25,082 nt of DNA from a virus (lineage: Duplodnaviria; Caudoviricetes). Both the position numbers and the translations under genes were made by a program. The notes beneath the pieces are model-generated. The model saw only the letters and a list, made by a program, of their open reading frames with translations. It searched no databases and was not told the origin of the DNA. The DNA is taken from positions 1-25,082 of the IMG/VR virus record IMGVR_UViG_3300020043_005514; one strand, written 5' to 3'. This document shows, piece after piece, positions 4,948 through 15,068 of the stretch; position 1 is the stretch's first letter; every line of letters begins with the position of its first letter.

Positions 4948-7463
4948 GATGTTGCCCCGTAAATTGTACCCATGTTTTCCCACACGATAAACGATTGGCC
5001 GTGGATAGCATCGCCAGCTTGACCACCATTAGCCCCTAATTGTTGAATAATAGATATTGGCGGAATATCAACAACTACCACACTTGCCGAAGCTCCTGCT
5101 TGCCCATTTTGCGCGTATGGTGCGCCACCATTTCCGCCATTGCCAACGATTACTTCTATTGAGTTATCTTGATTTTCTCCATACATTACAAGAGACGTAG
5201 CTCCAATGCCGCCTAAACCTGCTGTTACATCATTTGCAGCCGTAGCAGCAACTGGCAAAGGTGTAACTGGATATATAATCGATAGAGTGCTATTACCTGA
5301 ACCACCAAAAGGCCACCCACCACCTCCGCCCAAACCGTCAGCAAACGCAAAATTAGATAATGATGCACCTCGACCTGCCCCACTACCACCTCCACCTGCT
5401 GAACCACCAGAAATAATACCTTGATTATTAATAGTAATTTGTTGGTTAGACAACAAAGAAACTCCGCCATTTTCCCCGCTTGTTGGGTTAACTCCTAAAC
5501 TTGGATATACATCATAACCACCATTACCACCGTTACCGCCTCGCCCTGCCACAATCGCCCCTGCTTCAATAATGAGCTTAACATACACACCCACAGGCCA
5601 TGTATTGGGATTGGTTAAAGCGTAGTTTGAGGTATTAGAGGCTGATACTAACACGCCTGACGTGATAATAAACTCGACAATCGAACCAGCCACCAATGTC
5701 GATGGGTCATAGCGTGAGTCATGCGCGGCTTTTAAGTTTAAATCAAGTAATTCACTCGGCACACTACCATCAATATAAATTTGTCTATTGCTAAATGTTT
5801 GAGTGCTAAAGGCGAATTGACGCGCAACAAATGCCCATGTTGTGCCTGTTTGTTTTTCAACTCGCTTGGTAATTTGTAGAAGTAATTCTAATGGTGAGCC
5901 TGTAAAATCTTGTTTTTGTTTTGACTCAATGGTCACAAAATCGCATAACTTTAAATTAGAGTCCTTAGCATCAAGCATAAAATCAGCTTCAACAGGTGCA
6001 AGAGCAAAACGCTCTAAATACCTGTTAGCCAATTCAATCGCGGCTGCTCGGTCTGTTATCCATCTACTCAAAATCTTTTTAATGCGTATATCGCGGTTTT
6101 GTACGTCCGATTGGTCTGCTACGTTTGAAGCAACATACAAATTTGAATAGTTAGCATCGTCTGACAAGTTTTTTGACGGGTCAAGCACGCCGTAATAAAC
6201 CCAAACTTCATTGACTCGGTCATCAACAATATCTTTTAGTTTTAGGCTATCGGCTAATAGATTGTATTCACTTGTTAATGCGGTTATTTGTTCGCTACCG
6301 CTATTAGGCCGAATCGCTCTAAATACAATCTTCTCTAGCACTTCGTCCCAATACAAGAAAAAGCCGACCTGTTCCGACAATTCGGTGATTAACTTAGATA
6401 CGCCTGTGGGTGTCGTGATAAGTGCGTTATAGAGACGTGGTAAATAACCTACCTGCTCCGCGTCCCATGCTGACTTATCAATATAAGATGTAGGCACACT
6501 GGCAAAATTAGTTAATAAATCATAGACAATGTTTTGTGATGTTTGCCCTGCAAACTCTTTGCATAATTGCACCGTATCAAGCTGTTTGTGTGTGGCGGCT
6601 AACGTGTTACGCTGACCTCTAACCACTGTGAACACATCGCCTGAGCGCGTGTAGCTCATAACCTCACCACCTACACGCACATACCCACTCGCATCATAAT
6701 CAGCACCTACGCCCGATGGTGTAACTGTAAATGATGTCGCAATAGCAGTCATATCTAAATTTAAACGGCCTTGACTTGGGATAGGACACACCGCCCTTTC
6801 GTCACTGGCCAATTTTAAAACATCTTTACCCATGATGCGTGTCACGCCTAACGCGTCTAACCCGTCCCACGCCTCAATAACAAACGTCCTACGCTCGAAT
6901 TTATTAGCACTAAATGAGCCGTCTGTATTTAAAAACCCTGTGTAAACTCGCATGATACGCGCATTGTAAAAAGGGTTACGCGCCTTTAGTTTGCCGAAGT
7001 ATGTGCCTTGATTGATGGGTATATAAGTACGGTCATTAACATAAGGGTCAATGCGAATGTCATCATGGGGAAAGTCTTGCAAGCGTATATCACATGAAGC
7101 CCGTAACCCCATGCCGTTTTTTGCGTCAATCTGTGCAGGTGATAGACTGATTGATTTTAGGCATGGTATAGCGTCTAGGCCAACAGGCACACGCGCCCCA
7201 TTAGGACTACAAAACCTGTATATCTTGGTTGTCTTGTTGAAGTTAGCAGTGTCATTACACGATGCAAACGTATTAAAACATTTAGCATCGCCTGTCTCAA
7301 TTGCTGTGCAAGGCGCTACACCTGCTGCATTAGCGCAAAAATCCAACTCTAGCTCAACATAATTAAACGGCTGTCTGCCAAATGACGATAAATTCTCAAC
7401 GTACGGGTTGACGTAAACAAGTGAACCATCGGGATTATATTGAACTAATAAATCAGAAAGCAT
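4944..7463 (-). CDS. Tail tip / central tail (hub) protein with glycine-rich C-terminus
   Basis: 839 aa downstream of tape measure; GYVRVGGEVMSY...VVRGQRNT motif; GRGGNGG-type Gly-rich tail. Confidence 0.75.
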   Translation of the reverse strand: MLSDLLVQYNPDGSLVYVNPYVENLSSFGRQPFNYVELELDFCANAAGVAPCTAIETGDAKCFNTFASCNDTANFNKTTKIYRFCSPNGARVPVGLDAIPCLKSISLSPAQIDAKNGMGLRASCDIRLQDFPHDDIRIDPYVNDRTYIPINQGTYFGKLKARNPFYNARIMRVYTGFLNTDGSFSANKFERRTFVIEAWDGLDALGVTRIMGKDVLKLASDERAVCPIPSQGRLNLDMTAIATSFTVTPSGVGADYDASGYVRVGGEVMSYTRSGDVFTVVRGQRNTLAATHKQLDTVQLCKEFAGQTSQNIVYDLLTNFASVPTSYIDKSAWDAEQVGYLPRLYNALITTPTGVSKLITELSEQVGFFLYWDEVLEKIVFRAIRPNSGSEQITALTSEYNLLADSLKLKDIVDDRVNEVWVYYGVLDPSKNLSDDANYSNLYVASNVADQSDVQNRDIRIKKILSRWITDRAAAIELANRYLERFALAPVEADFMLDAKDSNLKLCDFVTIESKQKQDFTGSPLELLLQITKRVEKQTGTTWAFVARQFAFSTQTFSNRQIYIDGSVPSELLDLNLKAAHDSRYDPSTLVAGSIVEFIITSGVLVSASNTSNYALTNPNTWPVGVYVKLIIEAGAIVAGRGGNGGNGGYDVYPSLGVNPTSGENGGVSLLSNQQITINNQGIISGGSAGGGGSGAGRGASLSNFAFADGLGGGGGWPFGGSGNSTLSIIYPVTPLPVAATAANDVTAGLGGIGATSLVMYGENQDNSIEVIVGNGGNGGAPYAQNGQAGASASVVVVDIPPISIIQQLGANGGQAGDAIHGQSFIVWENMGTIYGATS

Positions 7464-7466
7464 AAG

Positions 7467-8282
7467 TTACTCATAAATGATTGTGATGTCAGCGGCAGTT
7501 CCGCCTGCCAATACAACAGTCAAACCCGTCGTAAAATCTAACTCATAATCAAACGCACCGGCTTCTGCATCGCTCGTGTCCACCACACCAATCACAGCAC
7601 CTGTCGCGGTTGTGTTGTCGTAGATGGTCAATGTGTTGAGTATACCGGCTCTTGTGTTGATTACGATGCGACGCAAAACGCCTGCACCGCTTTTAACCGT
7701 AGTCGTGCCGTTTGCGTTTAGATGAGCATAACTAGACGCTGATTTTTTAATAACAATATCAGAATGATTAGAAGCTAAAACAACAGGAACACTAGCCAAC
7801 ATTGTATTTTGACCAAGTGCTGAAAACTTTGCAGATAATGCGCTTAGTGTTGACTCAGTCGCTGCCCCTGTGGGCAATGGTAAAGACACGGCACTAACAG
7901 GTTGTGTAGCTTGCCAAAACGTGCCGCTAACTGGTACTGGGTTGCCCGCATCATTACTAATTTCAATTGAGCTATTCTTTATTGTAACAGGGACATAGCC
8001 GCCGTCTAAAGATGGTAGTTTTGTATCAATACTTGTTAGACTTGCATTACCACTTGTCTGTAATGCGGCTGTACTTGCACCCGTGGGCAATGGTAAAGAC
8101 ACAACGTTACGCACATCAACATAAGCACCGTTAGAACCTACGCGCTGATAATTGGTAGGTGTCTCAGGGTCTGCTAAATTAACCACTTGGCGATAGACTA
8201 AACCATAGCTTGTTGTTACGACATTATTATCTAATTCTTTACTTTGGGCTGGTACTGATACGCCACTTGGTACAATAGCCAT
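7467..8282 (-). CDS. Virion-associated hypothetical protein with internal SLPLPTGA repeat
   Basis: VSLPLPTGASTA / VSLPLPTGAATE; DNA repeat GTGGGCAATGGTAAAGACAC near 7870 and 8083. Confidence 0.6.
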   Translation of the reverse strand: MAIVPSGVSVPAQSKELDNNVVTTSYGLVYRQVVNLADPETPTNYQRVGSNGAYVDVRNVVSLPLPTGASTAALQTSGNASLTSIDTKLPSLDGGYVPVTIKNSSIEISNDAGNPVPVSGTFWQATQPVSAVSLPLPTGAATESTLSALSAKFSALGQNTMLASVPVVLASNHSDIVIKKSASSYAHLNANGTTTVKSGAGVLRRIVINTRAGILNTLTIYDNTTATGAVIGVVDTSDAEAGAFDYELDFTTGLTVVLAGGTAADITIIYE

Positions 8283-9121
8283 TATTTAATAACCCCCTCA
8301 AAAGTGATTCCACAGCTACCATGACCGCCGCCTATTCTGTCATCGAATTTAACAGGCGCGAATGATGTTTGATAGCATAACTGATTGTTGTATAGCGGCG
8401 TATTGCCGAATGAATAAAAAAATGGATAGACTTCGGCGTGCTGCTTAAATGGCAACCATGTCGCATATAACCACGCATGACTTATGTTGTCTAAATTGAT
8501 GCTTGTCGGCTTAACTCCTGTCCTAACAATTGAGCGTCCTAGATATATACCTGATTCGCTTTTGTTGTTAGTGACAACAATATCTTCATTGAGCTTAGGT
8601 GGTGTTATGCCTTTATAAAAACCTAGCTCAAACTCCATACGCTGACCAATGGCCAAAACTGCAATTCTAACTGTTGTTGACGCGGTAAACTCTAAGCGAT
8701 AATAGCGATATGACACACTATCTAATTTTAAACAGACGTTGTAATTATCATCTACTATTTGACTCGGTATAGATGTGCTAGTGTTGTATATATAGCTTCC
8801 GTCATACACGCCTGCGCTTGTATTGTTGATTGTGGCAAGTGTCACGCTCACCGAAAAATCGGATAACGCACTTGCTTTTAAAATGATATTGTCGGTGTTT
8901 GATGTGAATAACTCATGCGCGCCTATGGCAAAATAATCAACACTCACCGCGCCACCACAATCAATGGTGATACTGTTTGAACCTGCATCAAACGACACAA
9001 ACTCAAACGGCTGCCAGTTTTTTAACGAGTTGACACTATAGCCGCTAGTCACGCCAACGGCTGATAATGTGGCACTTGTTACGCGGTTTTGATAACCAAT
9101 AAATGCAGCATCAAAGCTCAT
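8282..9121 (-). CDS. Putative distal tail / tail tip protein with carbohydrate-binding-like module
   Basis: Immediately after tape measure; SITIDCG..VSVDYFAIGAH and YRYYRLEF motifs. Confidence 0.6.
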   Translation of the reverse strand: MSFDAAFIGYQNRVTSATLSAVGVTSGYSVNSLKNWQPFEFVSFDAGSNSITIDCGGAVSVDYFAIGAHELFTSNTDNIILKASALSDFSVSVTLATINNTSAGVYDGSYIYNTSTSIPSQIVDDNYNVCLKLDSVSYRYYRLEFTASTTVRIAVLAIGQRMEFELGFYKGITPPKLNEDIVVTNNKSESGIYLGRSIVRTGVKPTSINLDNISHAWLYATWLPFKQHAEVYPFFYSFGNTPLYNNQLCYQTSFAPVKFDDRIGGGHGSCGITFEGVIK

Positions 9122-9216
9122 TTTTTACGCCATATTAACGATGTAATCTTAGAAACAAACCAATAAAGCACTAAAACTTGAACAACAACATAATACCAAT
9201 ATGCCATATTTGCCAT
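9118..9216 (-). CDS. Small single-TM peptide, 32 aa (MANMAYWYYVVVQVLVLYWFVSKITSLIWRKK)
   Basis: Starts 1 nt after the tape measure stop and ends in an ATGA overlap with the next gene; hydrophobic core with basic tail. Confidence 0.55.
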   Translation of the reverse strand: MANMAYWYYVVVQVLVLYWFVSKITSLIWRKK

Positions 9217-9217
9217 T

Positions 9218-11512
9218 TTACACCACCCTTAAAACAGCACCGTCTTTGACTTCTTCACCGATTCTCTGCATTAACTTTAGCACCGAATCGCGGCTATACA
9301 TAGTATTTTCTTCGCCAAAAACACTGACATTAACGAAACGCTGCATGATAGGCTGTTGTTGTTGAGGCTCTGCACTTGCTGCCCCCGATGCGCCTACACC
9401 CGCACCGCCTCCGCCTGCACTACCGCCACCCGCAAACGTAGAGGATTGAATAGCGCGTAACTGTGCTAATTGACTTGCTAATGCTGCCGCACCCATCGCT
9501 GCACCGACTGGCCAACCACCCATCTCTGTACCATGCTTCACGGCTGCCATGACTGTTGATGGGATATTGATAACTGCTTCTGCTAATCGTGCCGCTTTGG
9601 TTAGCTCAAACATCTTGCGGCTATGCTGTGACATACCGCCAAAGTCAGCCGCAAAAAACGCTAAACTACCTTGCAATTGTCCCTTTTGAAACGCTTTGTT
9701 TAGCTCTTGAATCTTGCTACCCGTACCCATCATTATATCTAGTTTTTTCGCTGAATGAGCTAACTCGGCCTGTAACTCGGCCTTTTTTAAATCATCTTTA
9801 AAGATAACCTCGCCCTCTTGTAGCTCGGCTAACTTATCCATCTTTTGTTGGTGCTGTTCGTCTAATAACTCAAGCTCGGTCAAGCCTGCGCGTCTGCTTT
9901 CTTCAATGACTTGCTGTATTGAGTTAATGCGGTTTGTACGGTATTCATCTTCGGCGGTTTGCTTTTCTAATAACGCGGCCTGTTCTTTTTCGCTAGCATC
10001 TAAAACTTGTTGGATAATATCATTATTAAACGCCTCATTAGCAGCTAAAACACCTGCTTTATATTCGCTATCACTTAACGCTTTTTGGTCGTTAAATTGT
10101 TTTAGTTGGCTTAACAGTGCTTGAAAATGTACGCCCTGTAATTGTAGTTCACTCATGTTAGATTCAAGAGTCTGTTTTAATAACTCTTGTGCGGCCTTGC
10201 GTAACTCGTCTGCTTTTTTAGCGGCCTCACCATCATCACCCGCGCCCTTTGGTGCTGTAGGTTCGCCTGTTTTGTTTTTGTTTTTGACTTGGCTCGCTTC
10301 TTCAATTGCCGCATCTCTAAACGCTTCGCCTGCTTTACCACCGATGCCGCTTGCAAAATCTTCGATGCCTGTTGTAGCAAATGATTCTAAAAACTCTTTA
10401 GTCTGTTTTACCTGTTCCATTACCGCGTTTAATGAGGCGGTTTTATTGATTGGTACAGGGTCAATAGGCGGTAATCCCTTAAACTTGTTATAGACGTTTT
10501 CAGCTTTAATCATCGCATTTGTTAAAGCTGCAACATTTGTATTATAAACATCCATCACCGCCGCGATAGGCACGGCAACACCCATTACAATGATATTACC
10601 TAAAGTGCCAATAGATGCGGCTGTGATTTTTACGATGCCATTGGTTGCGGTAAAGATGTTTATTAGCTGTGCGCCAAGCTCGATGGATAAAAACGTAAGT
10701 ACGCTTATATTGTTTTCTAAGTCGCCTGAGTCAACATTAAACATGGCGTTTAGGTTACGCGTGGCAACCGTAAAGGCTGGGCTTAAATCACTGCTTACAA
10801 TCTCGGTTGTGGTACGCAAGTTTGCTATAAGTTTGTCAAATTCTTTGTCGGCCTCAATCGCGCGGCTTACGTCTAAATCATCAAGTTTCGGTAGTAAATT
10901 ATCGAACTCATTGGCCAATGCTTTTACATTAACTTCGGTTAGTTTTAACGCTGGTAGCCAATTATCACCAAAAAGAGTAGCACCTATTTGTGCTTTATCG
11001 GCTTGGCTGCTGACTTGGCCTAACGCGTTAGCAACGGTGATTAGCTGTTCATCTACGCCTAATTTGGTCAACTCGGACATTGACAAACCTAGACGCGCAA
11101 AAGACTCTTCAAAGTCTTTGTTGCCGTTAGCCGCTTCGCCTATTTGCTCGTTAAGCGTTTTGGCCAAGTCAATCATCATGTCAGTTTCAAGGTTTGCACC
11201 CTCTGACACGGCTCGCAATCGCGCTAATTGATTGTAGGTAAGGTTTAGACTGTTAGCTAATGAGTTAAATTCGCGTATTGCATTAGATGTGGTAGCAGTC
11301 AACACACCGACAGCCGCCGTTGCTGTAGCGATTGCAGCCGCTAACATTTTGGCTTTATCAGCCGACTGCCCAAAGCCACTAGATAACGAGTTGTTAGCTT
11401 GTTGGCCTTGTTGTTGTGTGTTGTTTAGTTGTTGGTTGACTTGCTGTAGGCTGTTTTGTAACTGGGTTACATCGGCGCGTAAACTAATTATAAGGTCGTC
11501 AGTTGTTGCCAT
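9218..11512 (-). CDS. Tail tape measure protein
   Basis: 764 aa, Ala/Gln-rich helical; DDLIISLRAD N-terminus; follows the tail chaperones. Confidence 0.92.
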   Translation of the reverse strand: MATTDDLIISLRADVTQLQNSLQQVNQQLNNTQQQGQQANNSLSSGFGQSADKAKMLAAAIATATAAVGVLTATTSNAIREFNSLANSLNLTYNQLARLRAVSEGANLETDMMIDLAKTLNEQIGEAANGNKDFEESFARLGLSMSELTKLGVDEQLITVANALGQVSSQADKAQIGATLFGDNWLPALKLTEVNVKALANEFDNLLPKLDDLDVSRAIEADKEFDKLIANLRTTTEIVSSDLSPAFTVATRNLNAMFNVDSGDLENNISVLTFLSIELGAQLINIFTATNGIVKITAASIGTLGNIIVMGVAVPIAAVMDVYNTNVAALTNAMIKAENVYNKFKGLPPIDPVPINKTASLNAVMEQVKQTKEFLESFATTGIEDFASGIGGKAGEAFRDAAIEEASQVKNKNKTGEPTAPKGAGDDGEAAKKADELRKAAQELLKQTLESNMSELQLQGVHFQALLSQLKQFNDQKALSDSEYKAGVLAANEAFNNDIIQQVLDASEKEQAALLEKQTAEDEYRTNRINSIQQVIEESRRAGLTELELLDEQHQQKMDKLAELQEGEVIFKDDLKKAELQAELAHSAKKLDIMMGTGSKIQELNKAFQKGQLQGSLAFFAADFGGMSQHSRKMFELTKAARLAEAVINIPSTVMAAVKHGTEMGGWPVGAAMGAAALASQLAQLRAIQSSTFAGGGSAGGGGAGVGASGAASAEPQQQQPIMQRFVNVSVFGEENTMYSRDSVLKLMQRIGEEVKDGAVLRVV

Positions 11513-11732
11513 GGATTTTGTCTAACTCCTCATTTAGTTCGTGGAACTCGGCCAATGACATCGGCTTGCTGTAACTTTTGCCTGTGCTTATTTCCATTTT
11601 ATCTAAGTGCGTATCCCATAACGCCCAAAAGTCAAAAGGCGTTAATTGCCACGCATCACGCGGCTGTATTGATAAGTAAATGACAGCACTCGACCACAAC
11701 TTATGCCAAATGCTGCCCTTGCCTACTTTTTT
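11499..11732 (-). CDS. Tail assembly chaperone C-terminal (gpT-like) frame, reached by -1 frameshift
   Basis: The -1 frame is open from the slippery site: KVGKGSIWHKLWSSAVIYLSIQPRDAWQLTPFDFW. Confidence 0.8.
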   Translation of the reverse strand, partial: KKVGKGSIWHKLWSSAVIYLSIQPRDAWQLTPFDFWALWDTHLDKMEISTGKSYSKPMSLAEFHELNEELDKIHGNN

Positions 11733-12073
11733 TCGCCGTCCTCTGACACGGTTTTGATGTCACTATCACTACCAGCTGTCAAGATGTTACCCGCGAAAGT
11801 AGCGACCGCAATAGCGTAATCACTAAGGCGTTTTGACTTTAGCATACGCTTGTAAAACTCTTCGCGTGTCCACCAGTCGGGATAACGGCCAGTGGTAGGC
11901 ACTGCACAAGCAAGCAATGCTTTGGTGATGTCGCCCACTTTTGGTTGTTGCATTTGAAAAATCAACTCATAGATAGGCTTACCTGTCGCCGTTTCTAATT
12001 TGTCCAAATTCTCAAAACTTGGGACTAGATTAAACTCTAGCCCCTCGATGTCCAACAATACTAACCCGCGCAT
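11723..12073 (-). CDS. Tail assembly chaperone (gpG-like)
   Basis: Between tail tube and tape measure; L.PSFENLDKLE motif; ends in the slippery sequence. Confidence 0.85.
   Translation of the reverse strand: MRGLVLLDIEGLEFNLVPSFENLDKLETATGKPIYELIFQMQQPKVGDITKALLACAVPTTGRYPDWWTREEFYKRMLKSKRLSDYAIAVATFAGNILTAGSDSDIKTVSEDGEKK
11726..11732 (-). other. Programmed -1 ribosomal frameshift site A AAA AAG
   Basis: Minus strand GAA AAA AAG TAG at the end of the gpG-like ORF; lambda G/GT-type position. Confidence 0.85.
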
Positions 12074-12074
12074 A

Positions 12075-12494
12075 TTAAGCCACCGCTGTATAAGTGATTG
12101 TACCCGCGCTTTCTAAGCTCATACTAAAGTTTTCTTCTTTGTTGTATTCGCCTGAACGCTCACAACTAGAGATAGCCCATAAGCCTGCCCACGCCTCGCC
12201 AGTGCCTGATTCAATCTTGCAGTAGATATGCGTATTTGCGTTAGCTGCAACCATGACATGGTCAGTAAATACCGCGTTATCAGATACCACGCCTGACACC
12301 TTGCAAGAATAAGCACGAACACCCGCACCCTCTAACAATTGACGCGCACCTGAGCTGTCTTTGTCAGTTACATCTACCGTCTCATTGCTGATAGACAAAG
12401 AGTCAGTTTTACCACCACCGATTACCGCAAAAACATCGGGACCCGTGCTTGTGCGTACTTTGATACGAAAGTCACTACCTTTATACTTAGCCAT
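12075..12494 (-). CDS. Major tail tube protein (TP901-1/GTA-like family)
   Basis: KGSDFRIKV, SISNETVDVTDKDS..RQLLEGAG, SGEYNKEENFSMSLESAG. Confidence 0.9.
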   Translation of the reverse strand: MAKYKGSDFRIKVRTSTGPDVFAVIGGGKTDSLSISNETVDVTDKDSSGARQLLEGAGVRAYSCKVSGVVSDNAVFTDHVMVAANANTHIYCKIESGTGEAWAGLWAISSCERSGEYNKEENFSMSLESAGTITYTAVA

Positions 12495-12886
12495 TATGCC
12501 ACCTCACTGATTAACAAATTAAAACGCATTACGCCATGGCGGGTAATGCCGTCTGTATCAATAACCATGTCATGTCTCAAAAACTGACATAACACGCTTT
12601 GCCCACTATCTAAAGTCAAGTCTTGATTGTGCAATGCCGCATGGCATTTGTCCATCAAACCGCGAATCTCTTTTGTTCCCTCGACACGACTGCCAATGTG
12701 CAACGTGATAACAGCCTCTAAACCATTATCATCTTTATTCGACCAATCTGCCGCACCGCCATCCTCTAACCATATCTTAGGAAATGCTGTCTTATCGTCT
12801 AAAATCTCTTTAACTAAACCAACTAAGCCTGTTGTACCGTTTAGTTTTACCCATACAGCCTTGACGTAACTGTTAAACAAACTCAT
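12494..12886 (-). CDS. Tail terminator protein (DUF3168-like)
   Basis: DWSNKD..G.E..ITLHI and DGITRHGVMRF motifs; position in the tail module. Confidence 0.85.
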   Translation of the reverse strand: MSLFNSYVKAVWVKLNGTTGLVGLVKEILDDKTAFPKIWLEDGGAADWSNKDDNGLEAVITLHIGSRVEGTKEIRGLMDKCHAALHNQDLTLDSGQSVLCQFLRHDMVIDTDGITRHGVMRFNLLISEVA

Positions 12887-13323
12887 ATCGGTGGCACTCC
12901 CTGCATATCGCGAATAGCTTGATTAACCGCGTTTTGTACAATAGCAATTGCCACTTGTTTCTTAGCTTGCAACCCTTTAAACATAAACGGACGCGGCTGC
13001 AATCCTCTGCTTAAATCGCCATATTCTAGCCGCTTGGCATAAGGTGCGATTGAGTGAAGTGATAAGATACGCACTCTTAAATTTTGTAAATCTGGCTCAA
13101 TTTGAATAGAGCGCACCAAAAAACCTAAGTCTGTGGCAGGTGATTCATTCGGAGCGGATGCTGTATGTGTCCTGTTCGGATTGGTTTTGACGTAAGTTTT
13201 ACCACCGCGTGGTGATGTTTGAATATTACGTCTAACCTCAGTTGCTACCATCTCACCTGCAATAATGAGATTCGCCTCAAGCCTACGTTTTAAAGCTGCG
13301 TTTAATTGTGCTACTAATGACAT
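12883..13323 (-). CDS. HK97 gp10-like tail completion protein
   Basis: HTASAPNESPATDLGFLVRSI, YAKRLEYG, PRPFM. Confidence 0.88.
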   Translation of the reverse strand: MSLVAQLNAALKRRLEANLIIAGEMVATEVRRNIQTSPRGGKTYVKTNPNRTHTASAPNESPATDLGFLVRSIQIEPDLQNLRVRILSLHSIAPYAKRLEYGDLSRGLQPRPFMFKGLQAKKQVAIAIVQNAVNQAIRDMQGVPPI

Positions 13324-13787
13324 TATGCAGCCTCCAAAACAAACTTAAACCCGTCCTCTAACAATAAAAATCCACCATCTTCTAGCAGTATAAAATTATT
13401 ATCAACACGGCTTACGGTATCAGCACTTTCTAACGTGATCGAATATAAACCATCTTTGTTATATTCGCCCGATGTCTCAAAAGCCGATAAAATAAAACCA
13501 CCTGAATATATTTCACCATTGTTACTATTGATTTTTACGTTAAGTATTTCGCCTGTATTGGCTGCATAACTGATTTTTTTATAACTATCTGCACTACTAA
13601 TGCAGCCCTGCGCCTTAATGCTCACTGACTGTATGCCGCAATTCTCTAATAACTCGCGCTGTAAATCGCCTTTGCTAGTCACATCAACCGTTTCATTATT
13701 TACTGTCATAGTGGTTGTACGCATCGCGGCTAATACCGTGAATACGCTGTCAATCTCAACTTCTAACAAAAATAATGCGCCTTTCAT
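13323..13787 (-). CDS. Second tail-tube-like paralogue with C-terminal LLEDG repeat
   Basis: MKGALFLL, NNETVDVTSK, SGEYNKDGLYSITLESA align with 12075-12494; ATG 13787 overlaps the upstream TGA. Confidence 0.8.
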   Translation of the reverse strand: MKGALFLLEVEIDSVFTVLAAMRTTTMTVNNETVDVTSKGDLQRELLENCGIQSVSIKAQGCISSADSYKKISYAANTGEILNVKINSNNGEIYSGGFILSAFETSGEYNKDGLYSITLESADTVSRVDNNFILLEDGGFLLLEDGFKFVLEAA

Positions 13788-14132
13788 TGAGCTGTCGCTC
13801 CCCATAACTCGGCTTTAATGTCGTAAAAGTCTAGGTCATCTTTATTGCGGCTAACGCCCGTAATTCGGTAATACTCGTTACGATGTACAATGCGTATATT
13901 ATCGCTATCCCTTGTTGCAGGTACTGTGACTGCTTGGTTTTGTCTGATTGTAAATGTATAGCCTTGCGTGTGTTGATTCTCACCACGATAAAACCTTTCA
14001 CGCTCGCTCTGTGGTGTCGCTTTCGACCATGCTAACGAGTGTTGACCATGTGCTAGTAAAGCCGCCTTGGCCATCGCTTACTTTAGCGCATTGCTCAATC
14101 GTGATACGGTGCTTTAGTTCGCCAATGTTCAT
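13784..14132 (-). pseudogene. Head-tail adaptor / head-closure protein, frameshifted near 14033
   Basis: MNIGELKHRITIEQ...DGQGGFTSTWSTL in one frame and AWSKATPQSERE...TFTIR...YRITGV in another; span 349 nt = 3n+1. Confidence 0.8.
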
Positions 14133-14626
14133 ACGTTAAATACTCGGTATTGATTCAACACGCTCACAACATGGGCGGGTAAATCGTAAGAGCCGCGATT
14201 ATAAAAACGGTATGTGACAAGGTCTTTTAGTGCTTGTGTAAGTGGTGCTAGGCTAGATAATGCTGTGGCCATTGTCCACTCAATAACGATTAGCTCATCA
14301 TTTGAATAGTCATAATTTAGGCGTAAACAGCCTGTTATTTCATTGAATAAATAATCTGTAATTGTATCGCCGTCAACAGTGACAGCAACAGATGATGCGG
14401 TAATTCTTGGTGAGTAAAAACGATTTTTAATTGTTTCTGCAATGTATTTACTGCGCCAAACTTGAGGCCGTAATACGTTTTTAGTGTATGACTCAACCTC
14501 GCGTCTGCATGAAGTAATTAAAGAGCTAATCAAGCTATCTTCATCACTGTTTTCAACTTTAGCCCATGCTTTTACATCGGCTGTCGTAATCGGTTCGCTG
14601 CCCGATTCACTGATTAAAATAGACAT
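14129..14626 (-). CDS. Head-tail connector (HK97 gp6-like)
   Basis: EPITTADVKAWAKVE..DEDSLISSLI...VESYT; YRFYNRG; LNQYRV. Confidence 0.88.
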   Translation of the reverse strand: MSILISESGSEPITTADVKAWAKVENSDEDSLISSLITSCRREVESYTKNVLRPQVWRSKYIAETIKNRFYSPRITASSVAVTVDGDTITDYLFNEITGCLRLNYDYSNDELIVIEWTMATALSSLAPLTQALKDLVTYRFYNRGSYDLPAHVVSVLNQYRVFNV

Positions 14627-14648
14627 GATTAGCCCTTTTCATGGTTAG

Positions 14649-15053
14649 TTAGCTTGGGTCAACTTCGCCTTGCAAACGTAAACCAAACTTAACAAACGAT
14701 GCGCCAACCGACAACGTAGAGCCAGCAGCAGTTACGGCTGTTGCGCGTACATAGCGTTTAAATCCAACATAACCAATACTTGACACACCTGCGGCTGTTA
14801 AGGCTGCACTTGCTTCGGTATTGGTTAAATCAGCATCAGCAACGGCTGTATAGTCGCTGTTGTTGTCGGATTCTTCGATTAACGGTGTTACGCTACCATC
14901 GGTATATTCGCCGACTTGGAAAATAATTTCCAAACCTTCGCTACCCTGACGGTCAATGGCTACACCTGCAACATCTTCACCATTGGCAACGGCTGTTAGG
15001 GCAATGGCAACGCCTGCGCTAATTTGACTGTGTAAATCTTTATTGATAGTCAT
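14649..15053 (-). CDS. Putative capsid decoration/accessory head protein
   Basis: Directly after capsid; GVAIDRQG, IEESDNNSDYTAVADADL, GYVGFKRYVR. Confidence 0.6.
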   Translation of the reverse strand: MTINKDLHSQISAGVAIALTAVANGEDVAGVAIDRQGSEGLEIIFQVGEYTDGSVTPLIEESDNNSDYTAVADADLTNTEASAALTAAGVSSIGYVGFKRYVRATAVTAAGSTLSVGASFVKFGLRLQGEVDPS

Positions 15054-15068
15054 GTTACATTGCTCCCA

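Noticed and set aside
11723-11732. Tail chaperone -1 frameshift as a novelty
   Set aside because: Well supported, but a well-known feature of long-tailed phages; listed as a feature only.
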